Assembly (NCBI GenBank): GCA_947588945.1
Contig: CANPZY010000003.1
Coordinates: forward strand, 1,058-65,057
From: an uncultured Clostridia bacterium
Lineage (GTDB): Bacteria; Bacillota; Clostridia; TANB77; CAG-508
Direction of reading: 5' to 3'
DNA length: 64,000 bases
The notes under the pieces are model-generated. The model searched no databases and was not told the DNA's origin. It worked only from the letters and a program-made list of their open reading frames with translations. The position numbers were made by a program, and so were the translations under genes. How positions within the stretch are numbered: position 1 is the first letter of the stretch; each line of letters starts with the position of its first letter. Shown here piece after piece: positions 48,806 to 58,640 of the stretch.

Positions 48806-50848
48806 TTATTCCATTGGACCAAACAATTCATCAAATTTAGCTTCTAATTCCTTTTGAATATCTAGTTCATCTTCTTGTGTTGGTTGTTCACTTACTGAGC
48901 TTTGAAAAATATTACTATTTTCCATTTCACTTTTTATTTGATTTGTTAATTCTTCGCTATTATTTTTTATTTCTGGAACTGTTTGTTCTATTGGTTGAGC
49001 TTCATTTGAATTCTTTTCTTCTTTTTTATTTTCATCATTCCATAAGTCATCTAGCGATTCAACTTTAAATGATTGCTCTTTTTCATCATCTACTGCTTTT
49101 CCTGTAAATGGGTTATATGGATCAAATTTTCTCCATTCTCCTCTTTCCCCTGCATCAAAGTCATTATGATCTATTCTTATTGAATTTAAGTCCTTTGTAA
49201 TTCTAGGCTTTTTAAACCAATAATACTTTTTTGCCATAATTGGCTTTAAACCTTTTTCAAAAATTATGCAATTATTATTATCTAATCTTCTTAATTCATC
49301 TGGTGTCATAAGTGCTCTTGCCATTATTTGATCAGATTCACTATATCCTTTTCTATCATTATAATTATCTCTATTTATTGATTTACTATAATGTGAAATT
49401 GTTTTTTCACCTAATTCTTTCGAAAAATACTCTACTGTTGCATAAGAGTTGCTTCCTAAGAATACATGTGTGTCACAGTTACCTATTATTGTTTCATAAG
49501 ATTTTTCATATAAAGCTTTAAGCTGATCTAAGTTTTGTAATATAACACTAAATGAAATTCCTCTACTTCTACTTGTTGATATTTTTTTATCAAAGTCCGG
49601 AATCTGACCTATATTTGAAAACTCATCTAGTATAAAAAATGTTTTTTGTGGCAATTTTCCACCATTTTTATCTGCAAAATCATATAATTGTTGTATCATC
49701 TGTGAGAAAAATATTGTTAGTAAAAAGTCATAAGCTGTATGCGTATCTGATGATACTACATATAGAGCTGTTTTCTTCGTAGCAATATCTTCAAAACTTA
49801 TTGTATTAGTTGATGTTACATTTGCAATTTCCTTTGAATCAAATTTTCCTAATTTTGACTGTAAAGAACTTAATATAGAACTGTATGTCTTGTCTGAAGA
49901 TATTTCAACTGATTTATAATTCATTCTAGCAGGATGGTCATAAGGCAATTTATTAAATAATTCTGATAAAAGATTTGTATTTCCTTTTGTATTTGCAGCT
50001 CTAACAAGTTCTGCGCAACTTGCTAAATTTTGTTCCTCTGGAGGTACTGCTGCTATTAAATAATATATTAAAGCTTTTAATAATAGCTCTGACATATTGT
50101 CCCAGAATGGATCTTGTGCTCCTGCTGCTTCTGATTTTTGTCCTTTTACTATGGTATTTGCTATAACATCTACATCTAATTCTGATTTAACATGTTGTAT
50201 TGGATTATAACTATCACTACTATTTGGGTTTACTAAATTTAATAATTTTATTTCATAACCTTGAGATTTCAAGTATCCAGCTGTTGCATCATATATTTCA
50301 CCTTTTGGATCTGTAAATATATAAGATCCAAGGCATTGATGAGCATTTGGAATAGTATATGCAGATGATTTACCAGAACCTGAACCACCGACTATTAATA
50401 CATTAGTATTACCTAGCTTATCTAAAGGTAAATAATTCTCTTCTGCAAGTATTATTCCGGCATTTCTGCTAAGTACTCTATATTGTTCTCCACCAGAACT
50501 CCAATCACTTGAGCCATGTTCTATTTTGTCATATTTTCCTTTTTTTCTACTTTTAAATAGGCCTATTCCTACACATATAGCAAAAAATACTGTAAAAATT
50601 GCTGTCCATAACATAAAGGTTCCAAAATAACCTTCTTTAAATATCTTTCCAACACCAGCAACTTTTACAATATTTAATGTAAAATTTTCAAAAAAGTAGC
50701 TTAAATCAAAAACACCGGTAGCACTACTATCAACTATTGTTGTAGATAATGGAGCTACCACAAATATCTCTGCAAATAGCCAAAATACAATAGTTAATAT
50801 TATTGCTACCATATGTTTTTTTATCATTACCATAAAACTATCTTTCAT
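48806..50848 (-). CDS. VirD4/TraG-type type IV secretion coupling protein
   Basis: Two N-terminal TM helices, Walker A VLIVGGSGSGKSSAYTIPN, DPKGE, Walker B FFILDEFSNIG, RSRGISFSVILQNLDQL, and an acidic C-terminal tail. Confidence 0.85.
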   Translation of the reverse strand: MKDSFMVMIKKHMVAIILTIVFWLFAEIFVVAPLSTTIVDSSATGVFDLSYFFENFTLNIVKVAGVGKIFKEGYFGTFMLWTAIFTVFFAICVGIGLFKSRKKGKYDKIEHGSSDWSSGGEQYRVLSRNAGIILAEENYLPLDKLGNTNVLIVGGSGSGKSSAYTIPNAHQCLGSYIFTDPKGEIYDATAGYLKSQGYEIKLLNLVNPNSSDSYNPIQHVKSELDVDVIANTIVKGQKSEAAGAQDPFWDNMSELLLKALIYYLIAAVPPEEQNLASCAELVRAANTKGNTNLLSELFNKLPYDHPARMNYKSVEISSDKTYSSILSSLQSKLGKFDSKEIANVTSTNTISFEDIATKKTALYVVSSDTHTAYDFLLTIFFSQMIQQLYDFADKNGGKLPQKTFFILDEFSNIGQIPDFDKKISTSRSRGISFSVILQNLDQLKALYEKSYETIIGNCDTHVFLGSNSYATVEYFSKELGEKTISHYSKSINRDNYNDRKGYSESDQIMARALMTPDELRRLDNNNCIIFEKGLKPIMAKKYYWFKKPRITKDLNSIRIDHNDFDAGERGEWRKFDPYNPFTGKAVDDEKEQSFKVESLDDLWNDENKKEEKNSNEAQPIEQTVPEIKNNSEELTNQIKSEMENSNIFQSSVSEQPTQEDELDIQKELEAKFDELFGPME

Positions 50849-50908
50849 ATATTCTTTACCTTCTCATTGGTTTTAATAATTTTTTTAATTCTAAGAAGCT
50901 ATAATCCT

Positions 50909-51175
50909 TTAATCTCTTGTTACATCGTCTGTTCTGATTATTTCTTCTTTTTGTTCTAATGCATAATCTGTTACTCTAGCATTGAATTTTTCTTTCATTT
51001 CTCTAAGTTGTGCTTGATTAAGCATTGGACTATTTTCATCAAAATCATTTGTTGAAAGTTGAATTATTTCTGAAGGCATTTCATTTTCTTGTACTTCATA
51101 TTTTTCTCCATGATTATTGCCAACAAATTTTTTAAGTCTTGAATCATTACCAACTTCTGTACAACATACTTTCAC
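50909..51175 (-). CDS. hypothetical small protein (88 aa)
   Basis: ORF only. GGAGGA-like sequence upstream (aaggaggaatattaatagtgaaa, GTG start). Confidence 0.4.
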   Translation of the reverse strand: MKVCCTEVGNDSRLKKFVGNNHGEKYEVQENEMPSEIIQLSTNDFDENSPMLNQAQLREMKEKFNARVTDYALEQKEEIIRTDDVTRD

Positions 51176-51190
51176 TATTAATATTCCTCC

Positions 51191-51709
51191 TTATTTATCT
51201 CTTATTTCAAAACTAAAATAAGACTTGTTTGGTTTTAATTTACATCTTCCTCTTACTTCATTTGTATTTTTATCTAAATAAATCATTGGTTTTATTTCCT
51301 CAGTAGTATCTGGATCAATAATTGTTATTGGTCTTCTTAAATTTGGTGTATATTTAAAATCTTTAAGCTCCATTGTTTGTTCTGAATAAATTGTATCAAA
51401 TTTAACAGGCAATGGTCTTTTTGATATTTTTACTTTATCATCTTTTAAAAAACCCATATTAACTACTACTTTTTGTGCCCCAAAAGAAAGTATTACTAAG
51501 TCTTCTCCTTCTGGTTGTGGATAATCAATAAAAAATGTTTTCTTTTTATTATTACCATTTATTTCTTCAGAGAAAACTAAGCGTTCAACAGTATATTTGG
51601 GATATTTATTCTGTAATTCCTTGGCAGTTTCATTAATTCTATATATAACTGTATTAACACCCTGTGGATCAGTTACACTAAAATATTTACCATGAAATCC
51701 TTCAGTCAT
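51191..51709 (-). CDS. hypothetical protein (172 aa)
   Basis: ORF with AGAGGTG upstream. No recognisable motif. Confidence 0.45.
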   Translation of the reverse strand: MTEGFHGKYFSVTDPQGVNTVIYRINETAKELQNKYPKYTVERLVFSEEINGNNKKKTFFIDYPQPEGEDLVILSFGAQKVVVNMGFLKDDKVKISKRPLPVKFDTIYSEQTMELKDFKYTPNLRRPITIIDPDTTEEIKPMIYLDKNTNEVRGRCKLKPNKSYFSFEIRDK

Positions 51710-51862
51710 ATCACACCTCTTTCTACTTTTTCTTCTTTTGTTATCCTACCATTTATAATTATAGCACTTTAAACATAATATGTCAACTAATATAGCTTTT
51801 TTGTATATTACCAACACCTAAAAAAATATTTAACCTAAACTTTATTTGATTATCAAATTTTT

Positions 51863-52717
51863 TTAACTTACATCTTTTAATTTTATATAAAGATTTTCTT
51901 GTTCTTTAGATAATTTTTCTGGCAATACAATCTTAGTAACCACATATAAATTACCTCTTTTTCCTTTGCCATTTTTATATCCTTTTTGAGGTATACAAAG
52001 CGTTTTTCCACTACTACAGCATTTTGGTATAATTATATTAATTTCTTCTCCAAATAAATTAATATTTTTTCTGCATCCAAGCGCCGCTTCGTATACAGTT
52101 ACTTCAATTTCAGAATATATATCTATTCCATTTAATTTAAACTTATTACCATCTTTTATATTAACTATTACTCGTAAATCTCCATTCTTTCCGCCATTTT
52201 TTCCTTTTTTACCTTGTCCAACAATTCTGATTTTATCATGATTTTGCACTCCTGCTGGAACTTTAAATGAAAATGAAGTTTCTTTTCCGTTTACAGCTCT
52301 TAACTTTATAACTTTATTTACCCCAAAAAATGCTTCTTTTAATGAAATATCTATTTCTGTATCAATATCTTCTCCATACTCGGGTACAACTTTTTTTACA
52401 CTTTTTTGTTTTGAAATTCCACCAAATAATATATCTAAAAACATTTCCTTAAATGTCTTCTTTGGAGCTGTTGATTTCTTTTTTTTATTTCCTATATATT
52501 TATTCCATTTAAAATCATATTTTCTTCTCTGTGAAGCATCACTTAATATTCTATAAGCTTCATTTACATCTTTAAAAATCGCTTCTGCCTCACTATTTCC
52601 GACATTTATATCAGGATGAAATTTTTTTGCTTTTTCTCTATATGCTACTTTTATTTCATCTAAACTTACTTTATTTGATTCAAGTCCAAGTATTTTATAG
52701 TAATCTTTAAAAATCAT
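51863..52717 (-). CDS. J-domain protein (CbpA/DnaJ-like, no zinc finger)
   Basis: DYYKILGL...AYREKAKKFHPDIN (HPD motif) plus a DnaJ C-terminal-like beta domain. Confidence 0.8.
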   Translation of the reverse strand: MIFKDYYKILGLESNKVSLDEIKVAYREKAKKFHPDINVGNSEAEAIFKDVNEAYRILSDASQRRKYDFKWNKYIGNKKKKSTAPKKTFKEMFLDILFGGISKQKSVKKVVPEYGEDIDTEIDISLKEAFFGVNKVIKLRAVNGKETSFSFKVPAGVQNHDKIRIVGQGKKGKNGGKNGDLRVIVNIKDGNKFKLNGIDIYSEIEVTVYEAALGCRKNINLFGEEINIIIPKCCSSGKTLCIPQKGYKNGKGKRGNLYVVTKIVLPEKLSKEQENLYIKLKDVS

Positions 52718-52758
52718 TTAACATCCTCCATTTTCAAATATGGTAAAATTATTATAGC

Positions 52759-53325
52759 TTATTTTTTAGCGTTAATCAATATATAATTTCTAGTTTTTAT
52801 ACTTTCTTCTAAAATTAATCTGTTGCTTTCTATATTTCTTATAATACTATTTTCAATGTTTTTTACAATTGCTGAATCTATATCTTGAAAAGCTAAATCT
52901 CTTAGTTCTTGGACCCCTTCATAAGTTCTTGTATAATCAATTTTATCTGCTATAAATATTATTTTTTCTAATAATGACATTCTAGGTTTACCTGTTGTAT
53001 GAATACTAATTGCCTTGCACATTTCATAATCAAAGCCATACTTCTTTTTGCACATATCTGCTGCAACTTTGCCATGCAATGTTACGCCAACTCGCATTTC
53101 CATTTTTGAAGCATATATATTATTTTTTATAATATAATTTTTTAACTCATCAAAAGGTAGCTCCTTTGCCATATCATGCATTAGAGCCACCTTCATTACT
53201 TTTTCTTTATTAATATGATACTTTTCTGCTAACTGCCCACTAACTTCCATTACGCTTATACTATGATCATATCTAGATGTTTTTAAATACTTTTTTAGTT
53301 CCTCTTTTAATTCTTCTATTTCCAT
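52759..53325 (-). CDS. yqeK: HD-domain phosphohydrolase YqeK-like
   Basis: RYDHSISVMEVS...ALMHDMAKE...HTTG motifs, 188 aa. Confidence 0.7.
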   Translation of the reverse strand: MEIEELKEELKKYLKTSRYDHSISVMEVSGQLAEKYHINKEKVMKVALMHDMAKELPFDELKNYIIKNNIYASKMEMRVGVTLHGKVAADMCKKKYGFDYEMCKAISIHTTGKPRMSLLEKIIFIADKIDYTRTYEGVQELRDLAFQDIDSAIVKNIENSIIRNIESNRLILEESIKTRNYILINAKK

Positions 53326-53472
53326 TTCACTATATTCCTTTTTGTTTTAATTATGTGTATTATATCATAATTTTTTTAAAGTTCTATAGTTTCATAGAAT
53401 TTTTATCGTTTTAAAATCAAAATTTTAACTTACCTCTTCTCTTGCAAATTGCTTTTTTTACTTGACGAACAA

Positions 53473-54462
53473 TTAATTATTTTCTAATCCTAATTCAATT
53501 AGTTTTGATATTAAGTCAGAATAAGATATTCCTGCTTTTTCCCATAATTTTGGATACATACTTATTTCAGTAAAACCAGGCATTGTATTAATTTCATTTA
53601 TATATACTTTTTCTGTTCCTTCTTCTACAAAAAAATCCACTCTTGAAATTCCGCTTCCATCTACAGCATTAAATGCTTTTAAAGCTAATTTTCTTATTTC
53701 TTCTATTTTTTCCTCTGATAAATCTGCTGGTATAATAACCTGTGATTCGGCATTTTCATATTTTGCATTAAATGAATAAAACTCTTCTGCTGGTAATATC
53801 TGACCAACTGACGAAGCTTCATTTCCTAAAACCGCACATTCAACTTCTTTACCAACTATTGCTTGCTCAATTATTATTTTTTTATCATATATTGATGCAT
53901 CAGCTATAGCCTTTATAAGCTCTGCACCATCTTTCGCCTTTGAAATGCCTATTGAAGAGCCTGAATTTGATGGCTTTACAAAAACAGGAAAACTTAATTT
54001 TTCTTCCACTAGAGAAATGATTTTATCATTTTCTAAATACATTTCCTCAAAATTTTCATCTATGTATGTATTTTCGTTTCTTAAATAGATATATTTTGCT
54101 TGTGGTATTTTAGCTTTTTCAAAAATTATTTTTGTATAAACTTTATCCATGGATACACTTGATGATAGCACTTTACAGCCAACATATTTAACTTTTGCCA
54201 TTTCAAGCATTCCTTGAATAGTACCATCTTCACCATATAAACCATGCAATACTGGAAATACCACATCCATTTCTTTTAATAACTTAAATACATCCTTTAT
54301 TTCCTTTTCTCTTTTGTCAATCCACTTTCCATCTTTGGTTATTATTATTGGGTAAATTTCATATTTCGTTTTGTCAATGTTTTCTATTACATTTTGACCT
54401 GATACCATTGAAACATCATGCTCTGATGACATTCCTCCATAAATAATTGCAACTTTTTTCAT
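53473..54462 (-). CDS. ddl: D-alanine--D-alanine ligase
   Basis: MKKVAIIYGGMSSEHDVSMVSG...HGLYGEDGTIQG...NEINTMPGFT. Confidence 0.95.
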   Translation of the reverse strand: MKKVAIIYGGMSSEHDVSMVSGQNVIENIDKTKYEIYPIIITKDGKWIDKREKEIKDVFKLLKEMDVVFPVLHGLYGEDGTIQGMLEMAKVKYVGCKVLSSSVSMDKVYTKIIFEKAKIPQAKYIYLRNENTYIDENFEEMYLENDKIISLVEEKLSFPVFVKPSNSGSSIGISKAKDGAELIKAIADASIYDKKIIIEQAIVGKEVECAVLGNEASSVGQILPAEEFYSFNAKYENAESQVIIPADLSEEKIEEIRKLALKAFNAVDGSGISRVDFFVEEGTEKVYINEINTMPGFTEISMYPKLWEKAGISYSDLISKLIELGLENN

Positions 54463-54486
54463 TATTAATTTTCCTTTCTAAAAAAT

Positions 54487-55827
54487 TCAATCTTTTATTT
54501 TATCTACTATTTCACTAAACTTCATCGAATTAGATGCCTTTAGTAAAATAGCATCACCTGATTTCAAAATACTCTTTATTTCTTTTATTGTTTCTTCATT
54601 GTTATTATAATGAACTTTATTTGAAACTTTTGCATTGTCATTTATTATCTTAGCATTTTCTCCAATAGTTATCAATATATCAATGTTTTCAATACATTCT
54701 CCTATTTTTTTGTGTAATTCTTCTGAATAGCTTCCTAATTCAAGCATATCACCTAATACTGCTATTTTTCTTCGTTTTTCTATTTTTTCTAAATACTCAA
54801 TTGCAGCTTTCATTGAATCATAATTTGCATTATATGTATCATTTATAACAAGGACATTTGATTTTGTTTCAAATATGTCCATTCTATTTTTAGTTAATTT
54901 AAATTCTTTTATTCCTTTTTTTATATCTTCTATAGAAATATCAAAATATCTTCCAACTGCAATCGCACACAAAGCATTTAACACAAAATGTTCTCCCGAA
55001 ATTGGTACTTCTATATCATTTTCTTTTACATTAATTTTGTTATCTACAAGATTAAATATGCTTTTAGTTTCAGAAGACTCTATATCTTCTGCTACATACA
55101 TACTATCTTTATTTTTTATTCCATAAGTTATTACATTATACTTAATATCTTTCCAATTGCTTAATAAATCATTATCATTATTAATAACTATATTATTTCC
55201 TTGTAATCCATCTAAAATCTCAAGCTTTGCCTTCAATATATTTTCTCTTGTTCCTAAATTTCCTATATGGGCTGTTCCTATATTAGTAATTACAGCTAAA
55301 GTCGGCTTTGCAATTTTAGATAATGCGCTTATTTCACCAAAGTGATTCATTCCCATTTCCACAACTATTGCATTCTCATTTTTTAATCTTAAAATTGTGA
55401 ATGGTAATCCAATATTATTATTCAAATTTCCCTCTGTTTTTAGTACATTATATTTTTGACTCATAACAGAAGCTATAATATCTTTTGTACTTGTTTTTCC
55501 AACACTCCCGGTTACCGCAACAACTGGAATATCATATAAACTTCTTTTGTATTCTGCTATTTGTGAAATTGCCTTTATTGTGTCTTCAACTAATACAATG
55601 TTACCGATTTTTTCTTCAGGCATTTCACTTAATATACACAATTTTGCTCCACTTTTTATTGCCTCTTTATAAAACTTATTTCCATCAAAATTTTCTCCTT
55701 TTATTGCAACAAATACATCCCCATCTTTTATGCATCTATTATCTTTTTCAAAATTTTCTACTTCTATATTTTCATCTCCACATATAAGTTTTCCTGATGT
55801 AACTTTTAAAATATCTGCTATTTTCAT
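54487..55827 (-). CDS. murF: UDP-MurNAc-tripeptide--D-Ala-D-Ala ligase
   Basis: VAVTGSVGKTSTKD, Mur ligase middle and C-terminal domains, adjacent to ddl. Confidence 0.9.
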   Translation of the reverse strand: MKIADILKVTSGKLICGDENIEVENFEKDNRCIKDGDVFVAIKGENFDGNKFYKEAIKSGAKLCILSEMPEEKIGNIVLVEDTIKAISQIAEYKRSLYDIPVVAVTGSVGKTSTKDIIASVMSQKYNVLKTEGNLNNNIGLPFTILRLKNENAIVVEMGMNHFGEISALSKIAKPTLAVITNIGTAHIGNLGTRENILKAKLEILDGLQGNNIVINNDNDLLSNWKDIKYNVITYGIKNKDSMYVAEDIESSETKSIFNLVDNKINVKENDIEVPISGEHFVLNALCAIAVGRYFDISIEDIKKGIKEFKLTKNRMDIFETKSNVLVINDTYNANYDSMKAAIEYLEKIEKRRKIAVLGDMLELGSYSEELHKKIGECIENIDILITIGENAKIINDNAKVSNKVHYNNNEETIKEIKSILKSGDAILLKASNSMKFSEIVDKIKD

Positions 55828-56029
55828 ATTTACCCCTTCATTATTAATAATACTATTATTTTTAAATTTTATTACTTTTTTATATTATATTCTATCATTA
55901 TATTTTTTACAAGCTCTATCATTTTGTGCTTTTGTTCTTCTATATATTTTTTATTTTTCCTAAAATATTTACTCATATCTTTTCTTATGCTATACAGAAT
56001 TGCATTTATTACTTAACAACTTAATAAAT

Positions 56030-57418
56030 TTACGTTGTAAGAGTTCCGTTTGGTGTGTCTACAATCATAAGTATATCCTCTTCTTCTCCTGTTTCTGCAT
56101 TTATATATACTAAAAAATCGCTTTCCTCATTTCTTCCTTTTATTTCCCAACAAAAAATTTCAGTATTCCATTCCGTTGGTATAACTGCTAAATCAGTTGC
56201 TTTTATTTCTAATTTAGGATTAACCAATTCTAGCGCTTGTTCCTTAGTCACTTTTACTTCCTTTAGTTCTCTTTGATCTTTATGAGAATTCAAATATCCA
56301 GTTGATTCTAATCCTATTATCTCTCCATTATCTAAGGCTATTTTTAATTTTATCAAATCTGGATACATTATTACATCATCTTGAGTATAAGCATAATTTA
56401 CCGTAAGAATATTATTTTCTTTCATATAATAAGTTTCTTTCATATTTTTATATTCACGATTTTGCAAAAATTCTTTACCTAAGTTTACAGCTTCATCTTC
56501 ACTAATATTTTCTTTATCAACTTTTTTATCACAGTTTATTGATACTATATGCCCTCCTTTTTTTGAAACAGCTATTGTAAAATTATCACCATTTTTAGTT
56601 TTACCATTAAAGTTATAACAAATTATATTAGCATTTTGACATTCTTCTGAAAAATTTATTTCTGAAATTCTATCTTCTCCTAAAAATGTCTTAGCAATTT
56701 CTTGCGCTTTATTTTGATCTATTTCATCTCCTACAAGTCCTATTATTTCTGGATTTTCTAATCCTTCTGAATAAGCTCCATCATATATTAATCCTGCATA
56801 TTGATGCAAATCTTCTTCTACATTAGAAAAACTTGTTTGAGATAAATTTTCTCCTTCACGTGCAAATAGTCTTTTTCCTGTGTTTTCTAATTCTCCCCAT
56901 TTTATCGTCTTAGAATAAAAATCAGCTTCTAGTTGATACAATGTATTTTTTAAATCTACTGTATATTTATGAAGTTGATTTAAATTATCTAATTCTTCCT
57001 GTGTCAATTTTTCACCTTTTACAGTTTTTTTAGATATAGAATAACAATAATCACCAACTTGATGTAAAAATTTTTGAGTATTTTCTAAATCTTGTGTATC
57101 AATTGGAAGTCTTGAAAGATAGGCTTGTGCTAATGCTGTTTCTTTATTAATATTTGCAAGGGTTTCTGTTGCATGTTCACTACTATATGAAATTGCTGAT
57201 TTGGCTAACAATTTTTCTGTATTGTCAACATATTCAATTAATTGATAAAAAGCATGATTATATGAATTTTCTGCAAGTTGTCTATAAGCTTTTGATTTCT
57301 TATAAGCACATACTGCCAAAGCTACAATTATAATTACAAGGACAACTACTAAAGTCATCATTTTTTCGCTTCTTAATCTATCTTTCCATTCATAAATTTT
57401 ATCTTTAACTTTACTCAT
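56030..57418 (-). CDS. ypeB: germination protein YpeB
   Basis: Start chosen at ATG 57418 (MSKVKDK...) with GAAAGGAAG upstream. ENSYNHAFYQLIEYVDN..., LSRLPI...FLHQVGDYCYS and MYPDLIKLKIALDNGEIIGLES... parallel B. subtilis YpeB (from memory). PepSY-like C-terminus. Confidence 0.8.
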   Translation of the reverse strand: MSKVKDKIYEWKDRLRSEKMMTLVVVLVIIIVALAVCAYKKSKAYRQLAENSYNHAFYQLIEYVDNTEKLLAKSAISYSSEHATETLANINKETALAQAYLSRLPIDTQDLENTQKFLHQVGDYCYSISKKTVKGEKLTQEELDNLNQLHKYTVDLKNTLYQLEADFYSKTIKWGELENTGKRLFAREGENLSQTSFSNVEEDLHQYAGLIYDGAYSEGLENPEIIGLVGDEIDQNKAQEIAKTFLGEDRISEINFSEECQNANIICYNFNGKTKNGDNFTIAVSKKGGHIVSINCDKKVDKENISEDEAVNLGKEFLQNREYKNMKETYYMKENNILTVNYAYTQDDVIMYPDLIKLKIALDNGEIIGLESTGYLNSHKDQRELKEVKVTKEQALELVNPKLEIKATDLAVIPTEWNTEIFCWEIKGRNEESDFLVYINAETGEEEDILMIVDTPNGTLTT

Positions 57419-57550
57419 AAGTTTACTTCCTTTCTCATTTTTTTGTAAAATTTTCATATTAATTATTTTCTCTTTTACTTTTGACCCTAAATTATCATTT
57501 TTTCACATTTTTAGTATTTTTTACTAATTTTAATAAATTATACATAACAA

Positions 57551-57611
57551 AAAAAGATATCTTAATATTAAATGAACTTTCTTAGTTCATTTAATATTAA
57601 GATATCTTTTT
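57551..57611 (-). terminator. 27-bp perfect inverted repeat (bidirectional terminator-like) downstream of recR
   Basis: AAAAAGATATCTTAATATTAAATGAAC (57551-77), 7-nt loop, exact complement at 57585-57611. Confidence 0.6.
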
Positions 57612-57622
57612 TTATGATTTTT

Positions 57623-58222
57623 TTATAGTTCCGTTCTTCCTTCAAAAGCTTTTCCTAGAGTAAATTCATCTGTATATTCTAAATCCCCACCTACTGGAAT
57701 TCCATGTGCAAGTCTTGTTGTTTTTATTCCCATTGGTTTTATTAATTTTGAAATATACATTGCAGTCGCTTCTCCTTCAACTTTAGGGTTTGTAGCTAGT
57801 ATAACTTCTTTAACACTACCATCCATCAACCTTGATAATAACTCTTTAATTTTTATATCATCTGGTCCTATTCCATCCATTGGCGAAATTGAACCATGCA
57901 AAACATGATATAATCCTTTATATTCATGTATTTTTTCTATTGCTACAACATCCTTTACATCTTCAACTACACAAATTTTGCTTTGATCTCTTTGTGCATT
58001 TGAACATATTTCACATGGATCATTATCAGATATATTATAACATCTAGAACATAGTTTCAAATTATTTTTTGCATCTTGTATACTTTTTATAAAATTATCT
58101 GTTTCTTCTTTGCTAGCATTAAGCATATAAAAAGCTAATCTTACAGCTGTCTTATTTCCAATGCTAGGAAGTTTTTCAAAACTTTCTATTAGCTTTTCTA
58201 TTGATGGTGAATAGTATGACAT
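57623..58222 (-). CDS. recR: recombination protein RecR
   Basis: C4 zinc finger [16 protein letters not shown] plus Toprim. Conserved dnaX-ybaB-recR order. Confidence 0.95.
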   Translation of the reverse strand: MSYYSPSIEKLIESFEKLPSIGNKTAVRLAFYMLNASKEETDNFIKSIQDAKNNLKLCSRCYNISDNDPCEICSNAQRDQSKICVVEDVKDVVAIEKIHEYKGLYHVLHGSISPMDGIGPDDIKIKELLSRLMDGSVKEVILATNPKVEGEATAMYISKLIKPMGIKTTRLAHGIPVGGDLEYTDEFTLGKAFEGRTEL

Positions 58223-58235
58223 CTTTTTCTCCCTT

Positions 58236-58577
58236 TTAATTTAACCCTGGAATATTATATTTTCCAAATTCTGCATTTGTTGCTGAATCTACTTTCTTTA
58301 ATGCATCATTAACACAAGTTATTATTAAATCTTGCAACATTTCTACATCATCTGGATCAACAACATCCTTCTTAATTTTTATCTCTTGCAATTCTTTTGC
58401 TCCATTTACTTTAACGTAAACTGCTCCTCCACCTGTTGTACTTTCAAATGTTTGAACCGCTAAATTTTCTTGTGATTTTTCCATTTCCTCTTGCATTTTT
58501 TTCGCTTGTTTCATAATTTGGTTCATATTAATTCCACCAAATCCTCCCATTCCTCCTGGAAATCCTCCTTTTGACAT
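58236..58577 (-). CDS. ybaB: nucleoid-associated protein YbaB/EbfC
   Basis: Start at ATG 58577 (MSKGGFPGG...) with AAAGGAGGA upstream. [18 protein letters not shown] motif. Confidence 0.9.
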   Translation of the reverse strand: MSKGGFPGGMGGFGGINMNQIMKQAKKMQEEMEKSQENLAVQTFESTTGGGAVYVKVNGAKELQEIKIKKDVVDPDDVEMLQDLIITCVNDALKKVDSATNAEFGKYNIPGLN

Positions 58578-58640
58578 TTGCTTATCCTCCTTTATCAAAT
58601 TTATACTTTTCTATTTAATTTCATTAAATATGGATAACCC

